The notes beneath the pieces were generated by a model. The model ran no database searches, had not been told where the DNA came from, and saw nothing but the letters and a program-made list of their open reading frames with translations. A stretch of 32,000 nucleotides of DNA, from NCBI RefSeq assembly GCF_014396165.1, contig NZ_CP060715.1:660001-692000 (forward strand), given 5' to 3'. Position 1 is the first letter of the stretch. Each line of letters opens with the position of its first letter. This document shows positions 18,942 through 26,967 of the stretch, piece by piece. Source of the stretch: Erysipelothrix inopinata. GTDB lineage: Bacteria; Bacillota_I; Bacilli_A; Erysipelotrichales; Erysipelotrichaceae. The translations under genes were made by a program, and so were the position numbers.

Positions 18942-20849
18942 ATGAATTCGAGACAACGAAAAATATTAGAATATCTCTCGGATCAGAAAACTTGGATTAA
19001 AGGAAAAGAGCTTTCACGAATAGTGGGGGTAACGGACCGGACAATCCGTTCCGACATTGATTCATTAAATCAAGAACATCCTGGAATTGTCGAATCGAGC
19101 ACACGAGAAGGGTATCAGATAGATATTAGTAAGTACCAATCTCTAAGCTATGCAGATGTTGATGTAATTCCGCAAACACCGGATGAACGGAGTATTCATA
19201 TTATTAAAATTCTTCTGTTTTCTAAGAAACGTCAAAAAATCATGGATTTACAAGAAGAACTATATGTAAGTGAACACACCATCGAAGGTGATATAAAACG
19301 GATTCGTGAATTAATCAAACCCTATGTTGGTCTAAAATTGATACGTGAAGATAACAGTATTTATTTCCAAGGAAATGAACACGTTAAACGTAAAATTTAT
19401 CGTGACTTACTAACAAACGAAATTAAAGATAACTTCTTGAATATCAATCGAACTGCACTATTATACAGTCGTTTCGATTTGGTACAAGTTACGAAAGTAT
19501 TCGAAGATACCTTAGAAGAATTTAATTATTCTGTAAGAGAAACAGCAATACCAATGATTGTGGTTCATATTGGAATTACCATTGAACGAATGTTGAGTGG
19601 CCACTATCTAAGCTTGGAATCGGTAAATAAACAAGCAGGTGATGGCATTGAGTTTGAAATTACGAAGTGTTTCTTTGAAAAAATAACGAAGATGGTACCT
19701 GTTGAATACTCTGAAGCGGAAGCGCGGGGACTTGCGAATATTCTTATGGGATATCAAAATGCTTATCATTTAAGTGAAACCATAGAGTATAAAGGTAAGA
19801 CTGTTGATGTTGCGAAGTTGTTGGATGATGTGACAGATGTTCTACTGGATACATTTGACTTGGATTTCTCTCAAGACAACGATTTCAAGAGCGGACTTCA
19901 TCTTCACATTCAATCACTCGTTCTAAGAATGAAAAATGAATCGGTGATTCCTAACGCTCACCTTCAAGAAGTGAAGAAATCATATCCCTTAATTTTTGAG
20001 ATGGGGTTGGTTATTGGACGCTTAATTGGTAATGCCTTTGGATTTGAATTATCAGAATCTGAAGTAGGTTTTATTTCACTACATATTGGTGCAGCTTATG
20101 ATCGTCTCTCTGTGAAGAAAAAACATCAAGTACTCTTGATTGCACCAAATAATCGGAGTCTTTCGAAACTTACCAAAGGTAAAATTACGAATATGTTCAA
20201 AGATCGATTGGAGATTGCGGAAATATCTGAATACTATGTCGAAAAAGAAGTTATCAACATGAATATTGATTTAATTATAACTACTTTACCGATTGATCAT
20301 AGTCTTGAAATCGAGACGGTACAGATATCGATGTTTGTAAACCATGAAGACGAAAGTAAGATATTTAGAGTGTTAAACGAGTTGGACAAGGAACAGTTTA
20401 ACCTCGAATTTGGTAACCAATTTGGTACCTTAATTGATGAACGATTCTTCTTCAAAGATCTTGATAAAGAAACACCTGAAGAAGTAATTGATTATATGAG
20501 TCAAGAATTATATGAAAATGGTATCGTGTCAAAACACTTTAAAGAGTCTATCTTTGATAGAGAGGCGATGTCATCAACGTCATTTATTTATTCGATTGCA
20601 ATTCCTCATCCATTGGACCTTGAAAGTCAGCAATCAAAAGTTGCGGTAGCACTTCTCAAAAAACCAATACAATGGGGAAGTTACAATGTGAAACTGGTGA
20701 TGATGCTTGCAATTACTGAGGAAGACAGTGCAACAATGTGGTTATTCTTTGACTGGTTGTCAGAGACTATTACGAATGCATCGAAGATGTCAAAGTTATT
20801 ACAATCTAAAAATAGAAATGAATTCGTTCATTGGATGATGAACGACTAG
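18942..20849 (+). CDS. PRD-domain transcriptional regulator, LicR-like (HTH-PRD-PRD-EIIB-like-EIIA-like)
   Basis: The 635-aa protein has an N-terminal HTH (KELSRIVGVTDRTIRSDI) and two PRD-like segments. The EIIB-like segment VLLIAPNNRS has no Cys. The C-terminal EIIA-2-like domain has SIAIPHPLD. The RBS is gagagg. Confidence 0.85.
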   Translation: MNSRQRKILEYLSDQKTWIKGKELSRIVGVTDRTIRSDIDSLNQEHPGIVESSTREGYQIDISKYQSLSYADVDVIPQTPDERSIHIIKILLFSKKRQKIMDLQEELYVSEHTIEGDIKRIRELIKPYVGLKLIREDNSIYFQGNEHVKRKIYRDLLTNEIKDNFLNINRTALLYSRFDLVQVTKVFEDTLEEFNYSVRETAIPMIVVHIGITIERMLSGHYLSLESVNKQAGDGIEFEITKCFFEKITKMVPVEYSEAEARGLANILMGYQNAYHLSETIEYKGKTVDVAKLLDDVTDVLLDTFDLDFSQDNDFKSGLHLHIQSLVLRMKNESVIPNAHLQEVKKSYPLIFEMGLVIGRLIGNAFGFELSESEVGFISLHIGAAYDRLSVKKKHQVLLIAPNNRSLSKLTKGKITNMFKDRLEIAEISEYYVEKEVINMNIDLIITTLPIDHSLEIETVQISMFVNHEDESKIFRVLNELDKEQFNLEFGNQFGTLIDERFFFKDLDKETPEEVIDYMSQELYENGIVSKHFKESIFDREAMSSTSFIYSIAIPHPLDLESQQSKVAVALLKKPIQWGSYNVKLVMMLAITEEDSATMWLFFDWLSETITNASKMSKLLQSKNRNEFVHWMMND

Positions 20850-20858
20850 GAGGAAACT

Positions 20859-21188
20859 ATGGAAGAATTAGAATTAGTAAGTTTTAAAATAATTAGTGCC
20901 GTAGGCGCTGCGAAGTCACTCTTTATGGAAGCTATGATGTATGCTCAAAAGAACGATTTTGTGAAAGCACATGAATTAATTGAAGAAGGTGAAAGCCATC
21001 GTGTTCAAGGACATGAAGCTCACTTTGAATTAATCCAAAAAGAAGCAAGTGGTGAAAAAACTGAAATAAATCTGATCTTGATGCATGCAGAAGATCAATT
21101 GATGTCTGCAGAAACAATTAAAATTTTAGCGGAACAACTTATTAAAAGTTACGAAACTATCAACGAACTTGCACAAAAAATTAAATAA
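20859..21188 (+). CDS. PTS EIIA, lactose/cellobiose/chitobiose family
   Basis: The 109-aa helical protein has the characteristic MHAEDQLM phospho-His context. The RBS is aggagga. Confidence 0.9.
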   Translation: MEELELVSFKIISAVGAAKSLFMEAMMYAQKNDFVKAHELIEEGESHRVQGHEAHFELIQKEASGEKTEINLILMHAEDQLMSAETIKILAEQLIKSYETINELAQKIK

Positions 21189-21192
21189 ACGA

Positions 21193-21230
21193 AAAAGATA
21201 TCTTCCTGAAATCAAGAAGGTATCTTTTTT
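21193..21230 (+). terminator. rho-independent terminator after EIIA(Lac)
   Basis: The stem AAAGATATCTTC / GAAGGTATCTTT contains one G-U pair and is followed by TTTTT. Confidence 0.8.
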
Positions 21231-21634
21231 AGTGGTATTTTTCCAGAAAAAGTGTAAAAAGGCATGAAACTATATTTATTAGTCTCGTCTATATCGACTT
21301 GGTGATTGAAATCTTCGAAATTCATATCTGTTGAATATCATCTGGATTTTTCATAAAACCGTGTTTTATCTGTCATAAAAAATATAAACTTTTGGCACAT
21401 TGGGATGGACATTTTTGATATGAGACATTGCAGATGTTTTTTCGTTCTATTATTGTAACGAAATCGCTCTTGAAAAATAGGGTATTTTTTGAATGACATG
21501 AATCTTTCATGATTATTTCACGATGGTATTTAATGCTTACGTAAGAACGTTCCGTTGTCTTAGGAAATTAAATTATAAGCAAGCGATTACATAGGAAGTT
21601 ATACTATAGTTACAATAAGGAGGGAGAATATCCT

Positions 21635-21958
21635 ATGAAACGTGTATATTTATTCTGTAACGCTGGGATGTCAACAAGCTTGTTAGCAAGTAAAATGCAA
21701 ACAGTTGCGGACGCTCATAAGTTACCGATTGAAGTGAAAGCATTCTCTGATTCAAAGATGGATGCCATTGTTCAGGAATTTCATCCAGATGTTATTTTGC
21801 TAGGGCCACAAATTAAATATAAATTTGAAGAAACTAAAGCAAAATATGGAGATACAGGTGTTCCTATCGAAGTAATCGATTTAGAAGATTATGGGAAAGT
21901 CGATGGAGAACGTGTATTAAAGAAAGCAATTATGCTTATTAAAGGAAAAGGAGAATAA
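21635..21958 (+). CDS. PTS EIIB, lactose/cellobiose/chitobiose family
   Basis: The 107-aa product has the N-terminal active-site Cys loop LFCNAGMSTSLL. The RBS is aaggaggg. Confidence 0.9.
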   Translation: MKRVYLFCNAGMSTSLLASKMQTVADAHKLPIEVKAFSDSKMDAIVQEFHPDVILLGPQIKYKFEETKAKYGDTGVPIEVIDLEDYGKVDGERVLKKAIMLIKGKGE

Positions 21959-21961
21959 CAT

Positions 21962-23314
21962 ATGTTTGATTGGCTAGAAAATACGATGGCGCCAATCGCG
22001 GAAAAACTAAGTACAAATAAAGTGCTTGTTGCAATCCGTGATGGTTTCTTAATCAGTACGCCATTAATTATTGTTGCATCAATATTCTTATTGATCGCGA
22101 ACTTCCCTATTACTGGATATCCAGAATTTATGGAAGGAATCTTTGGGGCAGGGTGGGACAGCCACCTATTAGTAGTATCAAATGCTACAATTAATATGAT
22201 TGCATTGCTTAACGTATTAGGTATTGCTTACTCATATGCAAAACAATTAAAAGTTGAACCAATTGCTGGTGGTGTGGTTGCTCTTGTATCATATCTTATC
22301 ATTACACCACAAACACACGAATTATTCTTAAATGCTGATGGTAAACCATTTAGAGGGTTTGCTTTCTCAAACTTAAACTCACAAGGTTTATTCCTTGCTA
22401 TGATTACTGCTATTATTGCAGTTCAAATCTTCGCGTTTGTAACTAAAAAAGGATGGGTTATTAAACTTCCTGAAGGTGTTCCACCTGCAGTTATGGGATC
22501 TTTCGCTGCTTTAGTTCCAAGTATGTTCGTAATGATTACTTTCTTCTTGGTACGTTTAGTATTCGTTAATACTTCATTTGGAAGTGCACAAAACTTTATC
22601 TTTACAGTATTACAAACACCATTGATGGGTCTTGGAACCAATAACTTCTTTGAAGTAATTTACCAATTCTTATCAAACCTATTCTGGTTCTTTGGTATTA
22701 ATGGACCAGCTATTACAAATACTGTATTCTCACCAATTCACAACACAATGACATATGCTAACCAAGCAGCTTATATTGCTGGTGAAACATTACCATACAT
22801 TTTCACAGGACCATTCTCAGACTTCTTTGGAAACTACGGTGGTGGGGGAAGTACCCTATCATTAGTACTCTTAATGGTTACAATGGGTAAATCCCAACGT
22901 ATGAAACAACTTGGTCGCTTGTCAATTGTTCCTGGTATCTTCGGAATCAACGAAATGATTATCTTTGGTCTTCCAATCGTGTTGAACCCAATCATTCTTA
23001 TTCCATTCTTACTCGTACCAGTTATGAATATTGCTTTATCAACAGCAGCAACAATTATGGGAATCATTCCTTATACAACAGGAATTGCATTACCATGGAC
23101 AACACCAATCTTCTTCTCGGGATGGTTATCAACAGGTAGTCTCTTTGCTGGAGTATTCCAATTAGGTCTTCTAGCACTAGGATGCTTAGTTTACTACCCA
23201 TTCTTCAGAATCTTGGACAAACAATATCTTGAAGATGAAATGAAACCACAAGATACAGTGGTAGACGAATTAGATGATATCTCACTTGATGATATTTCAT
23301 TTGATGATCTATAA
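21962..23314 (+). CDS. PTS EIIC, lactose/cellobiose/chitobiose family
   Basis: The 450-aa polytopic protein starts like ChbC/CelB (..LENTMAPIAEKLSTNKVLVAIRDGF..). It has an unusual acidic C-terminal tail, DELDDISLDDISFDDL. Confidence 0.9.
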   Translation: MFDWLENTMAPIAEKLSTNKVLVAIRDGFLISTPLIIVASIFLLIANFPITGYPEFMEGIFGAGWDSHLLVVSNATINMIALLNVLGIAYSYAKQLKVEPIAGGVVALVSYLIITPQTHELFLNADGKPFRGFAFSNLNSQGLFLAMITAIIAVQIFAFVTKKGWVIKLPEGVPPAVMGSFAALVPSMFVMITFFLVRLVFVNTSFGSAQNFIFTVLQTPLMGLGTNNFFEVIYQFLSNLFWFFGINGPAITNTVFSPIHNTMTYANQAAYIAGETLPYIFTGPFSDFFGNYGGGGSTLSLVLLMVTMGKSQRMKQLGRLSIVPGIFGINEMIIFGLPIVLNPIILIPFLLVPVMNIALSTAATIMGIIPYTTGIALPWTTPIFFSGWLSTGSLFAGVFQLGLLALGCLVYYPFFRILDKQYLEDEMKPQDTVVDELDDISLDDISFDDL

Positions 23315-23327
23315 GAATTAATGTAAT

Positions 23328-23384
23328 TAAACACGAAGCGACTTGTGAAAGACCGATAAGGACTTCATGAGTTTGCTTCGTTTC
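23328..23384 (+). other. long imperfect hairpin in the EIIC-to-next-gene spacer
   Basis: The arms AAACACGAAGCGACTTGTGAAAG and CTTCATGAGTTTGCTTCGTTT include a perfect core ACGAAGC/GCTTCGT plus ACT/AGT and TGAA/TTCA. No clean U-run follows, and the next RBS (taggagga) comes immediately after. Confidence 0.35.
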
Positions 23385-23400
23385 ATTTAGGAGGAACATT

Positions 23401-23919
23401 ATGAGAGTATTACTATTTTTTGATCAAACACAAGCAGGAGCTGGTGGAAAAGAAAGACCTAATGTTGAATTAGCCGTTGAAAAAGGTGGCATTGGTTCTT
23501 ACCATATGTTTGAAAAGTTTATTAAACAAGAAGGTGGCGTTGTTCTGGCAACAATGTACTGCGGTAATGGCTATTTCTTCGATCACGAGGATGAAGTTAA
23601 GCGTAAGGTTGCAGGTCTTGCTACAAAACTAAAAGCAGATATCGTTCTTTGTGGCCCTTGCTTTGATTATCCAGATTATTCAAGAATGTCAGCAATTCTC
23701 GCACAATACATTGAAGAAAATACAGAGACAAAAGCAGTAGCGATGTTCTCAAAAGAGAATACTGAAGTGATTGAACAATACAAAGACACCGTGAAAATAA
23801 TTAAGATGCCACGTAAAGGTGGAACTGGATTGAATGACTCATTGGAAAATATGTCAAAAGTACTGAAAGCAGTTGTTGATAACGAACCGAAATCAACTTA
23901 TGAATCGTTCTTATATTAA
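23401..23919 (+). CDS. stand-alone protein resembling the N-terminal domain of glycine/sarcosine/betaine reductase protein B (GrdB); function unknown
   Basis: The RBS is strong. MRVLLFFDQTQAGAGGKERPN...GGIGSY...MYCGNGYF...LCGPCFDY follows my recollection of the GrdB N-terminus (VVHYINQFFAGIGGEEKAD..GAVGPG..ICGDSYF..IAGPAFNAGRYG). It ends at TAA after 172 aa with no in-frame TGA. Confidence 0.5.
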   Translation: MRVLLFFDQTQAGAGGKERPNVELAVEKGGIGSYHMFEKFIKQEGGVVLATMYCGNGYFFDHEDEVKRKVAGLATKLKADIVLCGPCFDYPDYSRMSAILAQYIEENTETKAVAMFSKENTEVIEQYKDTVKIIKMPRKGGTGLNDSLENMSKVLKAVVDNEPKSTYESFLY

Positions 23920-23928
23920 GGAGTAGCT

Positions 23929-24924
23929 ATGAATCGTTTGCAGGAATTATGTGCATTACCAGCAGTTTCTGGTGATGAAAAAGAAATTCGTGATTATCTT
24001 TATGATTTTTATAAAAGTAAAGATTTGGGAATTATTGAGGATCGTCTAGGATCTGTTTTTGGCGTTAAGAAGGGAAACTCTAATTACAATGTTATGATTA
24101 GTTCAAATATGGATGAAAGTGGCATGATGATTTCTAAAATTAACGATAACGGAAGCTTGGAGTTTATTATTGTTGGGCTCTATAAGAAAGCGTGGTTAAA
24201 CGATCAATTCGTAACACTACTAGATAGACATCACAATAAAAGATCGGGAATCGTTTTAAGAAAAGGTGATGACTTTGTCATTGATGCTGGATTTAAAACA
24301 AAAGGTGAGGCGGAAGAAGCAGGTGTTCTCGTTGGAAACTTTGTGGTAGTTACACCACGATTTGAATCCTTAAATGAGAGTGTTGCGGCTAATAATTTGT
24401 CCAATAGAGCGGGTATTGAAGTTGGGTTAAAGTTACTTGAATCTCTAGAAGCTAATGCGCTTGATTTCAACCTGAATGTTGGTGGTATTTCTCACTCAGT
24501 AGTTGGACAACGTGGAGCGATTACTGCGACAACAGCTGTAAACCCTGATATCGCAATCGTGATTGATGTTGCATATGTTGAAACTTGGGATGACAAGGAT
24601 ATTTTTATTAGAAGCTTTGATAAATCTCTTTTACCAAGTCAAATTCTCAAGCATGATCTCTACGAGGCTGCAAGAAGCTGTGGCTTCAACCCACAAGCTC
24701 ATATTACAGATTTTCCTACCGATGGGTCATTTATTCATAAATCTTTATCAGGAACCCCTACAGTGGTTGTGGTGATTCCGGTTAAATATAAAGATACGAT
24801 TCATAATGTTATCGATACAAAGTATCTCGATAACATCACTAAAGTATTAAATCACTATTTGATATCTCTCAATGCAAACCATATTGTAGAAACTCAAAAC
24901 TGTAGAGGCACTCGATATGAGTAG
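23929..24924 (+). CDS. M42 (TET/FrvX/YsdC) peptidase-family homologue with degenerate metal site (probable non-catalytic subunit)
   Basis: It aligns with the neighbouring M42 gene and with YsdC-type motifs. The ligand positions are changed: HxDExG becomes SSNMDESG, AxDNR becomes NLSNR, QEEVGLRGA becomes SHSVVGQRGA, and RYxHTH becomes KYKDTIH. Confidence 0.8.
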   Translation: MNRLQELCALPAVSGDEKEIRDYLYDFYKSKDLGIIEDRLGSVFGVKKGNSNYNVMISSNMDESGMMISKINDNGSLEFIIVGLYKKAWLNDQFVTLLDRHHNKRSGIVLRKGDDFVIDAGFKTKGEAEEAGVLVGNFVVVTPRFESLNESVAANNLSNRAGIEVGLKLLESLEANALDFNLNVGGISHSVVGQRGAITATTAVNPDIAIVIDVAYVETWDDKDIFIRSFDKSLLPSQILKHDLYEAARSCGFNPQAHITDFPTDGSFIHKSLSGTPTVVVVIPVKYKDTIHNVIDTKYLDNITKVLNHYLISLNANHIVETQNCRGTRYE

Positions 24925-25999
24925 CCATGATATCAATTGGGATGATTTATTAGAGCTGTCTGATATTTTTGGTGTTTCGGGAATGGAACATCGCGTTGTG
25001 AGATATCTACAAGAAAAAATTAATCTCCCCCTTGAACAAGATGGAATAGGCTCAGCACTATTTACTCAAGAGGGCAATGGATTAAGAATTATGATGGCAA
25101 CACATATGGATGAAGTTGGATTTTACGTTAAAAAAATAGACTCCAATGGCTATCTTTTCCTACAACCGGTCGGTGGTATTTGGCCACATGTCATTATGAA
25201 TCAGGATGTGGTTGTTATTAACGATAAAGATGAGGAATTCTACGGCATTATAGGTAGTAAAGCAATGCATGGCATGATGATGGAAGAACGCAGTAAAACG
25301 ATTCCAATGGATCGTGTTTACGTTGATATGGGAGTAAATACTAAAGAAGCAATTCTCAACATGGGTATTAAAGAAGGTGATATGGTCGCATTCGTATCGA
25401 AGAGCCGTATCATGAATGATGAAAATTATATTTGTGGTAAGGCCTTTGATGATCGTGCTAGTGTGGCGGTTGGAATGTGGTTAATGCAATCGCTTCTTGA
25501 AAATCCAACGAAGAATGAAGTGACCCTTGCAGCAACTGTCCAAGAAGAAGTTGGACTTCGAGGTGCCCGAACAACGGCAGATTTAATCTATCCAGATCTT
25601 GCTATTGCGATTGATACAACGGTAGCCGGTGATACACCCGAAGACCAGAATATTGTTAAATTAGGTGGTGGAGTAACAATCAGCGTAATTGACTCGATGA
25701 CTATCTTGAACAGGGGACTTCTCAACTATCTCGAAGGAATTTGTAAAGAAAACAAGATTCAATATCAATTGGGTTGCTTTCTAGATGGTGGTACGGATGC
25801 CGGAAACATTCATAAATCACGTGAAGGGATTCCATCTATTATCTTATCAATCCCAATGAGATATATGCATACACATCGTGGTGTGGTTCATAAATTTGAT
25901 ATTCAAGAAACACTACGATTGGTTGAATATATTGTCAGAGATTTAACACCTGAAAAATATGAACAAATACTAAGTCAGAATTATAATTATAGAGAGTAG
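24917..25999 (+). CDS. M42 family aminopeptidase (TET/FrvX/YpdE-like), catalytic residues intact
   Basis: ATHMDEVGF, KAFDDRASV, VQEEVGLRGA, AIDTTVAGD and MRYMHTH are all present. The start overlaps the upstream gene by 8 nt (ATGAGTAG). Confidence 0.9.
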   Translation: MSSHDINWDDLLELSDIFGVSGMEHRVVRYLQEKINLPLEQDGIGSALFTQEGNGLRIMMATHMDEVGFYVKKIDSNGYLFLQPVGGIWPHVIMNQDVVVINDKDEEFYGIIGSKAMHGMMMEERSKTIPMDRVYVDMGVNTKEAILNMGIKEGDMVAFVSKSRIMNDENYICGKAFDDRASVAVGMWLMQSLLENPTKNEVTLAATVQEEVGLRGARTTADLIYPDLAIAIDTTVAGDTPEDQNIVKLGGGVTISVIDSMTILNRGLLNYLEGICKENKIQYQLGCFLDGGTDAGNIHKSREGIPSIILSIPMRYMHTHRGVVHKFDIQETLRLVEYIVRDLTPEKYEQILSQNYNYRE

Positions 26000-26009
26000 A
26001 GGTATTAGT

Positions 26010-26966
26010 ATGTGGGGCATTATTGCAACATGGCGCATGGCTAAAGAAGGAATTGACAGTGCTTCAGAAATCTTAGGTGAAAAAGGATGTGCTGGAGATG
26101 CTATCGAAACTGCAATTAAAGCAGTGGAAGATTTTCCGTTCTACAAATCTGTAGGATATGGAGGACTTCCAAATGAGGAAATGGAAGTTGAGTTGGATGC
26201 AGCATATATGGACGGAACAACGTTTAATATTGGTGCAGTAGCAGCTATCAAAGATTTTGCGAATCCAATTTCAATTGCTCGTTCCTTAAGTCAATATAAG
26301 GTAAATAATTTATTAGTTGGTGCTGGAGCAGAGGCATACGCTCATAAACAAGGATTTGAACGTAAAAATATGCTAACGGACCGTGCTAAAATTCACTATA
26401 AAAACCGCGTGAAAGACATGCGTGAAATTGAGATATCACCATATTCTGGACATGATACAGTAGGAATGGTATCCGTGGATAGTGAACAAAATGTTGTGGC
26501 AGGTACGTCAACAAGTGGTTTGTTCATGAAGAAAAAGGGACGTGTAGGAGATTCTCCTATCATTGGTTCTGGACTTTATGCAGACAGTCAAGTTGGGGGC
26601 GCTTCCGCAACTGGATTAGGAGAAGACCTGATGAAGGGTGTTGTTTCCTATGAAGTCGTTCGTCTTATGAAAGAAGGACTTTCTCCACAAGAAGCAGTAG
26701 AAAAAGTAACGTTTGATCTTGATCGTGAATTAATTGCGCGTCGCGGTGAAGCGGGAGACATTTCTATTGTTGCGATGAACAAAGATGGTGAGTGGGGAGT
26801 CGCATCAAACATCGAAAACTTCTCATTTGCAGTAGCAACAGAAAAACAAGAAAATACTGTTTATGTTACGAGACGAGAAGGGGATCATATGATTCATGAA
26901 GTTGCGTCTCAAGAATGGTTAGAAAAATATTTAAGTGACCGAATGAAACCTTTGGAGGAAAAATAA
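26010..26966 (+). CDS. glycosylasparaginase-like Ntn amidohydrolase (asparaginase_2 family), cytoplasmic
   Basis: SVGYGGLPNEEMEVELDAAYMDGTTFNIGAV, the autoprocessing site GHD|TVGMV (Thr150, codon 26457-26459), GTSTSG, GRVGDSPIIGSGLYAD and ATGLGEDLM are present. They are closer to AGA-type motifs (HDTIGM, ATGNGDILM) than to EcAIII-type (GTVGAV, CTGTGEVF). There is no signal peptide. Confidence 0.8.
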   Translation: MWGIIATWRMAKEGIDSASEILGEKGCAGDAIETAIKAVEDFPFYKSVGYGGLPNEEMEVELDAAYMDGTTFNIGAVAAIKDFANPISIARSLSQYKVNNLLVGAGAEAYAHKQGFERKNMLTDRAKIHYKNRVKDMREIEISPYSGHDTVGMVSVDSEQNVVAGTSTSGLFMKKKGRVGDSPIIGSGLYADSQVGGASATGLGEDLMKGVVSYEVVRLMKEGLSPQEAVEKVTFDLDRELIARRGEAGDISIVAMNKDGEWGVASNIENFSFAVATEKQENTVYVTRREGDHMIHEVASQEWLEKYLSDRMKPLEEK

Positions 26967-26967
26967 T

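Noticed and set aside
21393-21408. TGGCAC, a sigma-54 -24-like element
   Set aside because: The required -12 element (TTGC, 5 nt downstream) is absent; the sequence is attgg GATGG. Neither PRD regulator has a sigma-54 AAA+ activator domain, and their sizes and domain order are MtlR/LicR-like, not LevR-like.
21536-21545. Palindrome CTTACGTAAG considered as a CcpA cre site
   Set aside because: The surrounding ATGCTTACGTAAGAA has three mismatches to WTGNAANCGNWNNCW and the half-sites are in the wrong arrangement. I kept it only as a generic operator candidate.
23401-23919. GrdB-like gene considered as a truncated selenoprotein or pseudogene
   Set aside because: There is no in-frame TGA. A clean TAA stop is followed 9 nt later by the next gene with its own RBS, and no GrdB-like continuation appears in other frames. 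I therefore treat it as an intact stand-alone domain.
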